From Flavobacteriales bacterium (GTDB taxonomy: Bacteria; Bacteroidota; Bacteroidia; Flavobacteriales_D; SKUL01), in assembly GCA_007129985.1 (NCBI GenBank), contig SKUL01000192.1, forward strand, positions 1 through 33,577: a stretch of 33,577 nucleotides of DNA, read 5' to 3'. Below the pieces are notes generated by a model. It had not been told where the DNA came from. It saw only the letters and a program-made list of their open reading frames with translations, and did no database searches. Positions within the stretch are counted from its first letter, which is position 1. Each line of letters opens with the position of its first letter. This document shows positions 9,167 to 19,310 of the stretch, one piece after another. The translations under genes were made by a program, and so were the position numbers.

Positions 9167-11307
9167 TCCTGAAAGAAGCCCAACTTCAAGCTGGCATTGT
9201 TCAGGTCATTGATGTAGCCATAAATCTGGGAAACCAGCACCGCCTGATTGGCGGGCACGCGCTCAGCAGTTACAGCGTGATAGGCTCGGATGCTTATCTC
9301 GTTGGGATGCTCCTTGATAAAGTGCACGGCAAGCTCACCAAAATCGTTTTCAACCGCACGCTCCAGTTCATCGAGGTTCAGAATTTCCACCGGCTGGTCG
9401 AATTTGAGATTAACCAAAAATTCGTCCCACCCCACAAAATCGGGGTAAAAGGGCAGCACCCTCGGAAAACGATCAAAATCAGGCCAGGTCACAAAGTTGA
9501 ACCAGTTGTACAGGGGCAGTTCGTATGAATTACCACCAGTTGACTGCCCTGCATCAGCCCAGTCGAAGTTTACTTCATATCGTCTGCCAAAGGGAGCAAA
9601 TGGGTTGTACTCTGTGCGATCGAGGTTGGACCATTCTACATCTTGGCCATCCAATACAATTCTGGCGTAGGCCGGATTGATGGTACTATCAATGCGCCCA
9701 AATTCAAATAGTGAGCGGGTGAGCGTGCTGAACTGGCCCGACAAGGTAACGTCCAAGATGCCTGTGGCTCGTCGGTTTTTTGTGTCTATCTCCATGTCTA
9801 TACGGGTTTGCCTGAAATTTTCATCGGTCATTTCGGGCAAATTGACCAACGGAGGAAAGTATCCCTCTTCAAAATGCAGATCTACGTAGTTCACCAAAAA
9901 AGCAGGAGTTCCCGCCAGGTAAAAGGGAAATTCATTGGGACCATACCCAAACCGGTTGCGTTTGGGATAAAAGAAGTTCAGCATGTTATGGTCGTCGGGA
10001 ACGGCAAAAGAAAAATCCGAAAAAAGCACGTTACCGTGATAAGGTATGGTCATGGTTCCGATTCTGGAGTCCATCATGTAAGCCGTATTATATGAAAGCC
10101 CCAACATGTTGATCATCTTAGCATAGAGATTATACCGGCTGATATTGCGCATTTGCCCGCGCTCAACCTGCGAACCCATTTTTTCGAGACTCATATCGCG
10201 CTCCTCGTAGTACGCATCGTCCCAGCTAAAGGTGAAGTCTTCGGTAATCACTTCATGCAGCCTGGCAAATTTTGAAAGATTCAGGTCGTCCGGTATATCG
10301 GAAGTTTGCTCAGCCATAAAGCGCTTTAGCTTTTTGGTTTGAGCATCCAACTCTATGCGTCGGGTAGCTACGCGGTACAACCAAAACGCATTAGACTCTC
10401 TGTTGAGCAGCGTTTTGTAAGTATAATCCGATGGAAGCAACTGATCAGACAGGTAATGCCTTGTGCGGTTTCTGAAACTCTGGGTATTGAGACTTACAAC
10501 AATATGGGGAAGGTCTTCGGAGGGTCTGACTCCCTGTTCATTGATACAAGGACTGAGGTTATGACGATACCACACCCGCGACGTTCGGCGTTTGCGCGTA
10601 TACACGGAGTCGGGCTTTACGCCGGTAATGAGACTGATGTTGTGCTTGGGCATAACCACCTCCAGCCGCTGCTCCTGAATGGGGTAGTTGTGATGGAAAA
10701 AAACCCGCTGGTAGTTAAAAAGTATCGAGTTGTCGATATACGGAATCTCAACCTTGTAGTGAATCTCAATTTCATCGTCGGGAGCCAGTCCCAACAATTC
10801 AAAAACATAACGAAACTGGATTTCGGAGCGCTGATAAATCTCCAGCCTGTCGGTGTCGAAGCGATCAGTCCAATCTACCGATACCGTACCTCCATCCGGC
10901 AATACTTTTCGGGCGGCAAAGAACACCATGCGCGTATTGAGGTAATCTGCACTGAGGCGCTCATCTCTTTTTTCGAGAGGCAGATTTCGTGCGTCGTAAA
11001 AAGGATCCCATGATTCGGGTAATCTGAAGGTTTGGAAGGGCACACGATGACCATCACGACTGTGTAGCTTTACGCGCAATTTTCTCTCGAGATACACATA
11101 CATGTGTGTGCTTTTTTGGCCCCGAACGGAGAGCCTTCGCTCATCTTTCAAAATGACCGCCGGATGATTCTCCCAACGGGCATGAACAGGAATAGACTTG
11201 GGGTGGGCTTCTTTCCAGGTGTACTCAAAATCGCGCAAAGGGTAGTATTGGCCGTGAACCGGAAGCAGAATAAAAAGTAAGATCACCTGTAATACAAAAG
11301 CCCGCAT
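9163..11307 (-). CDS. Exported DUF3857/transglutaminase-like fold protein, probably non-catalytic
   Basis: Signal peptide ([20 protein letters not shown]). [13 protein letters not shown] and LPHIVVS segments and a C-terminal VENDFG region resemble Bacteroidota DUF3857-TGase-DUF3858 proteins. Family call is by eye. Confidence 0.6.
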   Translation of the reverse strand: MRAFVLQVILLFILLPVHGQYYPLRDFEYTWKEAHPKSIPVHARWENHPAVILKDERRLSVRGQKSTHMYVYLERKLRVKLHSRDGHRVPFQTFRLPESWDPFYDARNLPLEKRDERLSADYLNTRMVFFAARKVLPDGGTVSVDWTDRFDTDRLEIYQRSEIQFRYVFELLGLAPDDEIEIHYKVEIPYIDNSILFNYQRVFFHHNYPIQEQRLEVVMPKHNISLITGVKPDSVYTRKRRTSRVWYRHNLSPCINEQGVRPSEDLPHIVVSLNTQSFRNRTRHYLSDQLLPSDYTYKTLLNRESNAFWLYRVATRRIELDAQTKKLKRFMAEQTSDIPDDLNLSKFARLHEVITEDFTFSWDDAYYEERDMSLEKMGSQVERGQMRNISRYNLYAKMINMLGLSYNTAYMMDSRIGTMTIPYHGNVLFSDFSFAVPDDHNMLNFFYPKRNRFGYGPNEFPFYLAGTPAFLVNYVDLHFEEGYFPPLVNLPEMTDENFRQTRIDMEIDTKNRRATGILDVTLSGQFSTLTRSLFEFGRIDSTINPAYARIVLDGQDVEWSNLDRTEYNPFAPFGRRYEVNFDWADAGQSTGGNSYELPLYNWFNFVTWPDFDRFPRVLPFYPDFVGWDEFLVNLKFDQPVEILNLDELERAVENDFGELAVHFIKEHPNEISIRAYHAVTAERVPANQAVLVSQIYGYINDLNNASLKLGFFQD

Positions 11308-11436
11308 ACGCTGTATTTGGTACTCTTCGCCACTTGATTGACGCTACTTCTGAACGCCATTCGGATGATTCTGAGCACTTGAAGCATAGCAATCATCGTT
11401 CCAGTTTTACACTCCGCGTTAGGCAACGACGAATAC

Positions 11437-11444
11437 CAAAATTA
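11437..11444 (-). promoter_or_regulatory. -7 element TAATTTTG upstream of the DUF3857-like gene
   Basis: Exact TAnnTTTG on the minus strand, 8 nt after the der stop codon. Confidence 0.45.
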
Positions 11445-11452
11445 CCAGCAGC

Positions 11453-12763
11453 CTATTTCTGGCGGAAGAAGACATTGATTGGAACCCCTGTAAATGTGAA
11501 GTTTTCGCGCAGTTTATTTTCAACAAAGCGTTTGTACGGATCTTTGATATACTGTGGGAGGTTGCAGAAAAACACAAAACTCGGCACGTGCGTCGGAAGC
11601 TGAGTTACGTACTTAATGCGCACGTATTTACCCTTGTAAGCCGGTGGTGGCGTACGTTCGATGATTTCGAGCATTACATCGTTGAGGCGTGAAGTTGATA
11701 CACGCTGCTTGCGATTCTGAAATACCTCTATGCCCGTTTCGAGGGCTTTATAGATTCGTTGCTTCGTCATTGCCGACACGAACAAAATGGGCACATCGTT
11801 AAAAGGGGCAATCTTTTCGCGGATTTCCTCCTCAAGTTTACGCGTGCTGTGCTGGTCTTTTTCGTACACATCCCATTTGTTTACGAGAATCACCACGCCT
11901 TTTTTGTTCTTGAGAATCATGGAAAAGATATTGAGGTCTTGCTTTTCCAAGCCTTCAAGGGCATCGATGAGCAGAAAACACACATCGCTGCTTTCAATGG
12001 CCCTAATGGATCGAATCACTGAGTAGAATTCCAGGTCGTCATGTACCTTGGCCTTTTTCCTGATACCTGCTGTATCCATCAGCAAAAAGTCAAATCCATA
12101 GGATCGGTAGCGGGTACCTATCGTATCGCGCGTAGTTCCGGCAACATCGGTCACTATATTACGGTCTTCGCCGGTGAGTGCGTTAATGAGCGAGGATTTT
12201 CCCACATTGGGACGGCCCACGACGGCAAAGCGCGGTATGTCCGGTTCATCTTCTTCCTCTGCTGCCGGCTTTCCAAGCAGCTCCACAAGGGCGTCGAGCA
12301 TATCACCCGTTCCACCTCCATTCACCGCCGAAACGGTGTACACTTCACCAAGTCCAAGCGAATAAAACTCAGCCGCCAGCGGAGTCTTGTCTGGCGAGTC
12401 AATTTTATTACAAACCAACAGAACCTCTTTTCCTGATTTACGAAGGAGACGGGCTATGGCCTCGTCATAGTCTGTAATGCCCGATTGCCAATCCACCAGA
12501 TAAAGGATGACATTCGATTCTTCAACAGCCAATTCAACCTGACGGCGAATGGCTTGCTCAAATACGTCTTCGGAATTGATGGTGTACCCACCGGTATCAA
12601 TCACGGAAAATTTCACACCATTCCATTCGGCTATGCCGTAATGCCGGTCGCGTGTAACTCCGCTCACAGAATCTACGATTGCATCGCGCGATTCAGTTAA
12701 TCGGTTAAATAGGGTGGACTTACCCACATTGGGGCGTCCGACAATGGCAACAACCTTTCTCAT
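11453..12763 (-). CDS. der: Ribosome biogenesis GTPase Der (EngA)
   Basis: Two tandem GTPase domains (GRPNVGKS twice, GVTRD/GTTRD, DTGG/DTAG, NKID/NKWD) and a C-terminal KH-like domain. Confidence 0.98.
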   Translation of the reverse strand: MRKVVAIVGRPNVGKSTLFNRLTESRDAIVDSVSGVTRDRHYGIAEWNGVKFSVIDTGGYTINSEDVFEQAIRRQVELAVEESNVILYLVDWQSGITDYDEAIARLLRKSGKEVLLVCNKIDSPDKTPLAAEFYSLGLGEVYTVSAVNGGGTGDMLDALVELLGKPAAEEEDEPDIPRFAVVGRPNVGKSSLINALTGEDRNIVTDVAGTTRDTIGTRYRSYGFDFLLMDTAGIRKKAKVHDDLEFYSVIRSIRAIESSDVCFLLIDALEGLEKQDLNIFSMILKNKKGVVILVNKWDVYEKDQHSTRKLEEEIREKIAPFNDVPILFVSAMTKQRIYKALETGIEVFQNRKQRVSTSRLNDVMLEIIERTPPPAYKGKYVRIKYVTQLPTHVPSFVFFCNLPQYIKDPYKRFVENKLRENFTFTGVPINVFFRQK

Positions 12764-12767
12764 CTTG

Positions 12768-13640
12768 TTAGAGGTATCCGTATTTATCGAGTTTGTGATT
12801 TTCGTCGCGCCAGTTTTCGTCCACCTTTACATGCAGCTCAAGAAAAACTTTTGCACCAAGGAACTTCTCCATGGCTTTACGGGCACCGGACCCTACTTTT
12901 TTCAGCTTTTCGCCCTTATGCCCAATGACAATACCCTTTTGAGATTGGCGCATCACATAAATAATTGCCCGAATGTGAATAAGTTCCTCTGTTTCCTTAA
13001 AGCTCTCGATCTCCACTTGTGCTGAATAGGGAATTTCCTTTTGGTAGTGAAGAAAGATTTGCTCGCGAATCATTTCCGACATGAAGAAGCGCATGGGCCT
13101 GTCGGACAACGAGTCTTTATCGAAGTAAGGCGGATGCTCCGGCAACCATTCAATGATGAACTCAAGCACAGTATCCAGATTGAAGCGATGCAAGGCCGAA
13201 ACCGGCATAACAGTAGAATCGGGAAACCATTCCTTAAGTTTCTCCACTTCCTTTGTAACTGCCTCCTGATCGCTGATATCAATTTTGTTCAGAAGCACCA
13301 GCACGGGCACCCCCAACGAGTTGATTCTTTCGCGCAATTCCTCTTCAATGACTTCATCCGGCACCGTGATATAGATGATAATATCTGCATCGCTAAAGGC
13401 CTGCTCCACAAAATTCATCATCCGCTCCTGCATTTTGTAAGACGGAGCGAGTAGTCCGGGAGTGTCAGAAAACACAACCTGATAATCCGGGTGATTAAGC
13501 AAGCCCATGATGCGATGCCGCGTGGTTTGGGCCTTTGGGGTGATGATGGAGAGCGATTCGCCGAGAACAGCATTCATCAGGGTTGACTTACCCACATTGG
13601 GTTTACCGATAATATTTACGAAGCCTGCACGGTGTTTCAA
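12768..13640 (-). CDS. era: GTPase Era
   Basis: [35 protein letters not shown] and SQKGIVIG (KH domain). TTG at 13640 gives a typical N-terminus (MKHRAGFV); the ORF can extend to 13661. Confidence 0.96.
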   Translation of the reverse strand: MKHRAGFVNIIGKPNVGKSTLMNAVLGESLSIITPKAQTTRHRIMGLLNHPDYQVVFSDTPGLLAPSYKMQERMMNFVEQAFSDADIIIYITVPDEVIEEELRERINSLGVPVLVLLNKIDISDQEAVTKEVEKLKEWFPDSTVMPVSALHRFNLDTVLEFIIEWLPEHPPYFDKDSLSDRPMRFFMSEMIREQIFLHYQKEIPYSAQVEIESFKETEELIHIRAIIYVMRQSQKGIVIGHKGEKLKKVGSGARKAMEKFLGAKVFLELHVKVDENWRDENHKLDKYGYL

Positions 13641-13649
13641 AGCATGAAA

Positions 13650-13681
13650 TTTGGTTAACAAAGAAACAAAATATACCTTTG
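13650..13681 (+). promoter_or_regulatory. Primary-sigma promoter for tRNA-Met: TTTG-N20-TACCTTTG
   Basis: -33 TTTG at 13650-13653 and -7 TACCTTTG at 13674-13681 with canonical 20-nt spacing. Confidence 0.75.
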
Positions 13682-13747
13682 CACTCCGTTTGAGGCCAAA
13701 AGAGGCCTTGAATAACGAGAAAAAGATCCAAAATCAAAACGATATAT

Positions 13748-13820
<73 letters not shown>

Positions 13821-13826
13821 CTAAGC

Positions 13827-13864
13827 AAGAGGTTGTTCAACATTGAGCAACCTCTTTTTTTTTT
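13827..13864 (+). terminator. Intrinsic terminator after the tRNA, possibly also serving the convergent ABC-F gene
   Basis: Hairpin AAGAGGTTGTTCA/TGAGCAACCTCTT followed by a run of 10 T. Confidence 0.85.
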
Positions 13865-13865
13865 G

Positions 13866-15815
13866 CTACGATTCAGACAACTTCTGCTCGGCCTGCTCCA
13901 GTTGTTCTATGGCTTGTGCCCATTCATCCTCAGTCTGCGAAAGCGCATTTTTTACCGCGGTGATCTCTTCGAAACTGGCCCGCACCAAATCCTGATTGCT
14001 AAAGTCAAGTTCTGCGCTTTCGCGATTCAACTCCGCGAGTTTTTCTTCAAACTCCGTGATTTTGGCTTCAAGCTTTTGCACCTGGGTCTTTATGCGTCGG
14101 GCTTCTTTTTCAAGCTCTTTTCGCTGCGCTCCATGCACTGCTTTTCCTTTTTCCGCTACCGGTTTTACGGCTTTGGTTTTGGCAGCGCGCTCGTAGTTGG
14201 CAATGTTGGCGGCGTTCTTTTCCGCCAAAAAAGTCTGAATATCCTTGAGGTGTGTTTTCAACCCACCCGATTCTATTTCGAATAGCTTATCGGTAAGACC
14301 CTGCAAAAAATGCCGGTCGTGAGACACGATGAGCAAAGCACCCGGAAACTGTTGAAGCGCCTGTTTCAACACGTCTTTCGAGTCAATATCAAGGTGGTTG
14401 GTAGGCTCATCCATGATGAGCAGGTTGTACGGCTTCAGCATCAACCTGCAAAGTGCCAGTCTCGATTTTTCGCCGCCGCTCAGCACTTTAACCTTTTTGT
14501 ACACATCGTCTCCGCTAAACAGAAATGCTCCCAGTAAGCTCCGGATACGCGTGCGCATATCGCCGGTGGCCTCCTGGTCTATCACCTCAAAAACGGTGAG
14601 ATTCTCGTCGAGCGTTGTGGTTTGGTGTTGGGCAAAATAGCCCATTTGCACCTGATGGCCCAGATTCACCTCACCACCATCCGGTGTTTCGTCGCCCACC
14701 AAAATGCGGAGCAGCGTGGTCTTACCAATTCCGTTTTTACCGATAAGGGCTACTTTCTCGCCGCGCTCAAGCTCCATCTGTACATCGCCAAACAGGTGCT
14801 TGCTTCCGTAGTGCTTGCCAATGCTATTTGCCTTGAGCACCACCTTTCCCGGCCTTGGAGCTTCGGGAAAACGGAGGTTAAGCGATTCGTGCTGGTCCTC
14901 ATCCACCGTCACACGCTCCATGCGGTCTAGCTTCTTGATGAGCGACTGAGCGAAAGAAGCTTTTGAACTTTTGGCTCTGAATTTATTGATGAGGGCCTCG
15001 GTTTCACGCACGGTGCGCTCCTGGTTACGGGCTTCCTGCCGTTGCTTCTCGATGATGAGCTCGCGCTGCTCCAGAAAACCCGTGTAGGACGCTTTGTAAT
15101 CGCGGATTTTGCCGTTTACAATCTCTATGGTGCGAGAGGTCACTGCATCGAGAAAAGCAACATCGTGCGAGATGAGCACCATCGAGCCACTGTAGTTGGA
15201 CAAAAAGCCCTCCAGCCATTCTATGGATTCAATATCGAGGTGATTGGTGGGCTCATCTAAAAGCAGTAAATCGGGCGACGTAACCAGAATTTTGGCCAGC
15301 TCTACGCGCATTTTCCAGCCGCCGCTAAATTCGTTCAGGGAGCGGTCGAAATCCTGCCGGGAAAAACCCAATCCTTTAAGCACGCGTTCAATTAGTTCTT
15401 CGGAGGACTGCCCTCCAATCAACTGATACCGCTCATTAAGGAGGTTAAATTCATCGAGCAGCTCAGCCATCACGTCCATATCGTCTACTCCGGCATCGAA
15501 TGCCGCTTGAATTTCGGCGATCCGGTTCAACATGCCTTGCTCTTCCTGCCGCGCCTCTGCAACAGCCTGAATGACGGTTTGGTCAGAGTGATGGTCAATT
15601 TCCTGAGGCAGATAACCGATGGAATATCCGCTGGAACTTGCCACATCGCCTTCCTGAGGTTTGATAAGGCCGGCCATCAACTTGAGCAGGGTAGATTTTC
15701 CCGCACCGTTTCGCCCCACCAGCCCTATACGATCCTGATCATTTACCTGAAATGAGATGCCGTCAAAAATGGGCCTATCTCCAAAATGCAAGCTTACATT
15801 ACCAACTCCAAACAT
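13866..15815 (-). CDS. ABC-F family ATP-binding protein (ribosome-associated, Uup/YheS-like) with C-terminal coiled coil
   Basis: Two ABC domains (GRNGAGKST/FSGGW/LLLDEPTNHLD and GKNGIGKTT/LSGGE/LIMDEPTNHLD), a helical linker and no TM segments. ATG start at 15815. Confidence 0.92.
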   Translation of the reverse strand: MFGVGNVSLHFGDRPIFDGISFQVNDQDRIGLVGRNGAGKSTLLKLMAGLIKPQEGDVASSSGYSIGYLPQEIDHHSDQTVIQAVAEARQEEQGMLNRIAEIQAAFDAGVDDMDVMAELLDEFNLLNERYQLIGGQSSEELIERVLKGLGFSRQDFDRSLNEFSGGWKMRVELAKILVTSPDLLLLDEPTNHLDIESIEWLEGFLSNYSGSMVLISHDVAFLDAVTSRTIEIVNGKIRDYKASYTGFLEQRELIIEKQRQEARNQERTVRETEALINKFRAKSSKASFAQSLIKKLDRMERVTVDEDQHESLNLRFPEAPRPGKVVLKANSIGKHYGSKHLFGDVQMELERGEKVALIGKNGIGKTTLLRILVGDETPDGGEVNLGHQVQMGYFAQHQTTTLDENLTVFEVIDQEATGDMRTRIRSLLGAFLFSGDDVYKKVKVLSGGEKSRLALCRLMLKPYNLLIMDEPTNHLDIDSKDVLKQALQQFPGALLIVSHDRHFLQGLTDKLFEIESGGLKTHLKDIQTFLAEKNAANIANYERAAKTKAVKPVAEKGKAVHGAQRKELEKEARRIKTQVQKLEAKITEFEEKLAELNRESAELDFSNQDLVRASFEEITAVKNALSQTEDEWAQAIEQLEQAEQKLSES

Positions 15816-15833
15816 GACTCTTGGTTGCAATCA

Positions 15834-15869
15834 AAGAAAAAAGCGCCGTATTAAGGGCGCTTTTTTCTT
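15834..15869 (-). terminator. Intrinsic terminator after gldN (symmetric, potentially bidirectional)
   Basis: 14-bp perfect inverted repeat AAGAAAAAAGCGCC-N8-GGCGCTTTTTTCTT, 18 nt past the gldN stop. Confidence 0.85.
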
Positions 15870-15887
15870 CGTGAGAAATAGATTGTA

Positions 15888-16748
15888 TCAGAAGTTCCAG
15901 AGGTCGTGCTCCATCAGAAAGAGTTCCTCCTTGATTCGCTCCGACTCAAGCAGTGCGTCAATTCCAATGGCGTATTCCACAATGCTGCGGTCATATACGT
16001 TTTGCTCTTTGTGAATGAAACTCGAAAACTGGCGCTTCATAAAGATATCATCAAAGGTTCTACGCTCTGAATCGTTGGCGCGATTGTACACTTCCCAGTT
16101 CGAGAAGAGGTAGCGGCACTCCGGGAAGTAGAGCCAGAACAGCGTTCTGTAGGCACCTGTTCGCTCACCATCTTGGGTAAGAGCCGCGATTTGCGGTGCC
16201 AACCCGATGATGCGTACATACATTTCCGAGCGCTGCTTGTCAAAATACCAGTCCTCCTTGATTTGGTAACGTTCAATCTGATCGGGTGTGATATCGTTTT
16301 GTTGAATCACTTCAATCATCCTGTCCCAATCATCCGGGTCGGGTACGAGCATCGTGTCCATCTTGGCCAAAATACCCTCCACTTCAGAAATAAGCATGGG
16401 GTCGTTGAACTCATCATCCAGTGTCACTCCGGGGTCGTATGCCGTGATGGAGCCTTCTACAATCAAACCATCGCGAATAACCTGAAACAGACTTTTGCGA
16501 TCGTTAATCTCATTGTGAGGAAAGTACAACGGGTGATTAATTTTTTCTTTTAGCTCAATGGTACGCCATATTCGCTTCGACCACATAACATCCGCCTCGC
16601 GAAGGTGCGGGTACTGGATGATTTTGTTGGTCTTGGTATGCTCTTTAATGTACGCACCATCAAGAACTGTTTGCGCCTGCATAGTGAAGGGAAACGTCCC
16701 TACACTCAGGAGAAGCACTGCCGAAAAAATCTTTCTTGCGTTGTTCAT
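15888..16748 (-). CDS. gldN: Gliding motility/T9SS protein GldN (PorN)
   Basis: Signal peptide; LREADVMWSKRIWR, EKINHPLYFP, KEDWYFDKQRS, LFWLYFPE, TFDDIF and EHDLWNF motifs; lies after gldM. Confidence 0.93.
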   Translation of the reverse strand: MNNARKIFSAVLLLSVGTFPFTMQAQTVLDGAYIKEHTKTNKIIQYPHLREADVMWSKRIWRTIELKEKINHPLYFPHNEINDRKSLFQVIRDGLIVEGSITAYDPGVTLDDEFNDPMLISEVEGILAKMDTMLVPDPDDWDRMIEVIQQNDITPDQIERYQIKEDWYFDKQRSEMYVRIIGLAPQIAALTQDGERTGAYRTLFWLYFPECRYLFSNWEVYNRANDSERRTFDDIFMKRQFSSFIHKEQNVYDRSIVEYAIGIDALLESERIKEELFLMEHDLWNF

Positions 16749-16760
16749 AGCCTCAGGTTT

Positions 16761-18434
16761 TTAGTACACCGTAAAGGAGAGGTTTCCGATGGGGTTGATG
16801 CTACCATCCGGAGCCTGTGCCTTGATGTTCTCAATGAGTATTTTCTGGTTTCGCGCCACGTTTTGTAGCATTTGTTTTTGCTCATCCGTGAGGCGGTTAC
16901 TATTCGACTTCCGGGTAATGGCCTCTCCTCGCATAATGGTAGTTAGGTCGAAAGAAACCACAGGGTACTTGAGGTCGAATACAAAATCTTCCATTTTCGC
17001 TCCTACACCAATCTGGGCAACTGCCTTCGCCTTTTCAATACGGGTGTCTCCAATGCTCAAACCAGCAAATGTTGGAGTTGGCTTGGGTACATTCTTACAA
17101 CGGAAATTCATGCTTCCCATGGGTTTGGAGCTGCCATCGTCCATTTCAACGCTTACGCTGATGACGCACTCAGCCCCTTGCCCGGGTTTTACCACCCAGC
17201 CTTCACTGGTTCGACTAAGGGTTCCGTTTGTGACACTTGGCTTGATCTTCTCTGCTGAGAAACCAGGTACTGAGATATCCACAGGGTTTTCCAAACCGCG
17301 GTAGAAAACATTCATCTTGGTAGGAGAAACAACCAGCGACGGCTTGGCAACTTCAAAGTTCACATCGAACAAGAAAGGTATTTCTCCTTGCGGACCTTTA
17401 AAACGAATCAGACCTTTCCATGTTTGGAAGCCAACCTGACCCGCAGGAATACGCAACTTGGCAAAACCGTCATCTCCTATAGGCACTTCAACGGACTCAC
17501 CCGCGAGTGATGTGGTAGATGAATCGTGCTGAACAGATTGATCTACACCTATCTCTACTGAAGGAAAGTTGGTGTCATCGTATGCCGCGAGGAATACGTC
17601 TGCCCTGAAAGTATCTCCTTGCAGTACGTAATTGGTTTGAGGAATAGCAATGGGTACGAGCTTGGTAAACTTGAATGAAGCCGCATCCACATCAGCCATT
17701 AGCCAAGAAACCATGTCGGCCTCTACGTTCCGTACATCCGTTTGAATTTTTGAAAGGTTGGTGATTACAGCCGCCAGCGGGATGTAATAGAAATTCATAC
17801 CCTCCCAGGTGCTCATGGTTCCGGATGCATCTCTTCGATCAGCGAAATCGAATGTACGGTCAAAGTTATCTGCCAAAACCGGCATCTGCCCGTCCAATAA
17901 CTCCTTTAGCCTGTCCCGAAACTCTTCCAGGTTTTTTCGGAGATTGGCAGCGGCCAAAAAGTCTCCATCAGGGTGCGATGTTCTTGGCATTCCGGCGTTC
18001 TCGCCTACCAACACCTCAGTACTGATGTCGTAGTTGTCTTTCATATTCACGTACTGCAGGGAAAGGACAGTATCCTGACCGCGATTGTTGCTCGCGATAA
18101 CCTCCTCCATAGGTCGCTTCTCTACCTTGGATATGAGGTGTGCCTTGATTCTGTCCACCTGATCGGTGATTTCATTGGCCATCGTACGAACTTCGTCCGC
18201 TTTATTCCAGTTCTCCCTGTATTTCGCAGGGTTTTCACTGTAAGACGCTTCGAATTTTGCGTATTGCTCGTCAATTTTCTGTTTGAAGGTTACTTTGGTA
18301 TTCTCCAAACCTTCATTGATCAGTACAAAAGCATCAAGGATTTCCTTCGACACATTAAGTGCGAGAAGAGCCGTGAGTACCAGGTACATCATACCGATCA
18401 TCTTCTGCCTCGGTGTTTCTTTACCTCCAGCCAT
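16761..18434 (-). CDS. gldM: Gliding motility/T9SS motor protein GldM (PorM)
   Basis: MAGGKETPRQKMIGMMYLVLTALLALNVSKEILDAF N-terminus and SPTKMNVFYRGLENP. Confidence 0.96.
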   Translation of the reverse strand: MAGGKETPRQKMIGMMYLVLTALLALNVSKEILDAFVLINEGLENTKVTFKQKIDEQYAKFEASYSENPAKYRENWNKADEVRTMANEITDQVDRIKAHLISKVEKRPMEEVIASNNRGQDTVLSLQYVNMKDNYDISTEVLVGENAGMPRTSHPDGDFLAAANLRKNLEEFRDRLKELLDGQMPVLADNFDRTFDFADRRDASGTMSTWEGMNFYYIPLAAVITNLSKIQTDVRNVEADMVSWLMADVDAASFKFTKLVPIAIPQTNYVLQGDTFRADVFLAAYDDTNFPSVEIGVDQSVQHDSSTTSLAGESVEVPIGDDGFAKLRIPAGQVGFQTWKGLIRFKGPQGEIPFLFDVNFEVAKPSLVVSPTKMNVFYRGLENPVDISVPGFSAEKIKPSVTNGTLSRTSEGWVVKPGQGAECVISVSVEMDDGSSKPMGSMNFRCKNVPKPTPTFAGLSIGDTRIEKAKAVAQIGVGAKMEDFVFDLKYPVVSFDLTTIMRGEAITRKSNSNRLTDEQKQMLQNVARNQKILIENIKAQAPDGSINPIGNLSFTVY

Positions 18435-18472
18435 CTTTTAGATTCGTTTAGATTAGGTTAGAAATAAGAAAC

Positions 18473-19246
18473 TTACCTGTTAACGGTCATCGCCGACAAC
18501 ATGTTTCCGTAAACGGTATTGAGTTGAGCAAGGTTGCTGCTCAGCGCAGCAATGTTCTCTTTGTACTTTTTGGTATCTTCAACAGACTCGTTGAGGTTTG
18601 AGAGAAGCTCACCGATTCCGGCGTAGAGACCTTGAGTTTTAGACAACTCCTGGAATTGTGTTTCATAAGCTTCATTCAAACGGGCAAGGTTACCAGCCAT
18701 TTTCTGAAGGTGTTCACCGGCTGCGGAACCACTCTCTGCTTGAGAAGTAAGGCCCACCAATGATTCAGAGGCACGTGCGTAGGAATCTGATAATTCAGAA
18801 ACGCGGCTAGAAGCACCGCGAAGGTTGTCTACATATTCATTTGTTGCAACAGATGCGTCAGAAATTTCACTCAGTTTATTAGCTTGTGTGCTCAATGCAC
18901 GCATTCCTTCGCCTAAACTGGCGATTAGTTCCGGTTCAATGCGCGCCTCCTCGAGCATGTTGTCGAGCTGTTCTGTAATCGAACCTTTGGGCTCCTCATC
19001 ACCGTGCTCAGCGCGCTCGCCTGTGTTGAGTTCGGGGTAAACCAAACCCCAATCCGGTTCTTCGTGAATCGGCTCAAATGCCGAGAAGAAGAAGATAACC
19101 GCCTCTGTTGTCAGACCAACGGTCAACATGACACCCGCACCGGGCCAGTGCTGAATTTTAAACAGTGCTCCCAAAATTACAATTGCAGCACCCCAGCCAT
19201 ACAGTTTGGCCATAAACTTCTTCCATCCTTTACTTCCTGGTTTCAT
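18473..19246 (-). CDS. gldL: Gliding motility/T9SS motor protein GldL (PorL)
   Basis: YGWGAAIVILGALFKIQHWPGA, GLTTEAVIFFFSAFEP, WGLVYPEL and C-terminal LNTVYGNMLSAM. Confidence 0.96.
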   Translation of the reverse strand: MKPGSKGWKKFMAKLYGWGAAIVILGALFKIQHWPGAGVMLTVGLTTEAVIFFFSAFEPIHEEPDWGLVYPELNTGERAEHGDEEPKGSITEQLDNMLEEARIEPELIASLGEGMRALSTQANKLSEISDASVATNEYVDNLRGASSRVSELSDSYARASESLVGLTSQAESGSAAGEHLQKMAGNLARLNEAYETQFQELSKTQGLYAGIGELLSNLNESVEDTKKYKENIAALSSNLAQLNTVYGNMLSAMTVNR

Positions 19247-19310
19247 AATTCCCTAGCGTTTTAGATTTTGATTGATGTTAGTTATTGATTGAAAAATTGA
19301 GTCCTTGATT

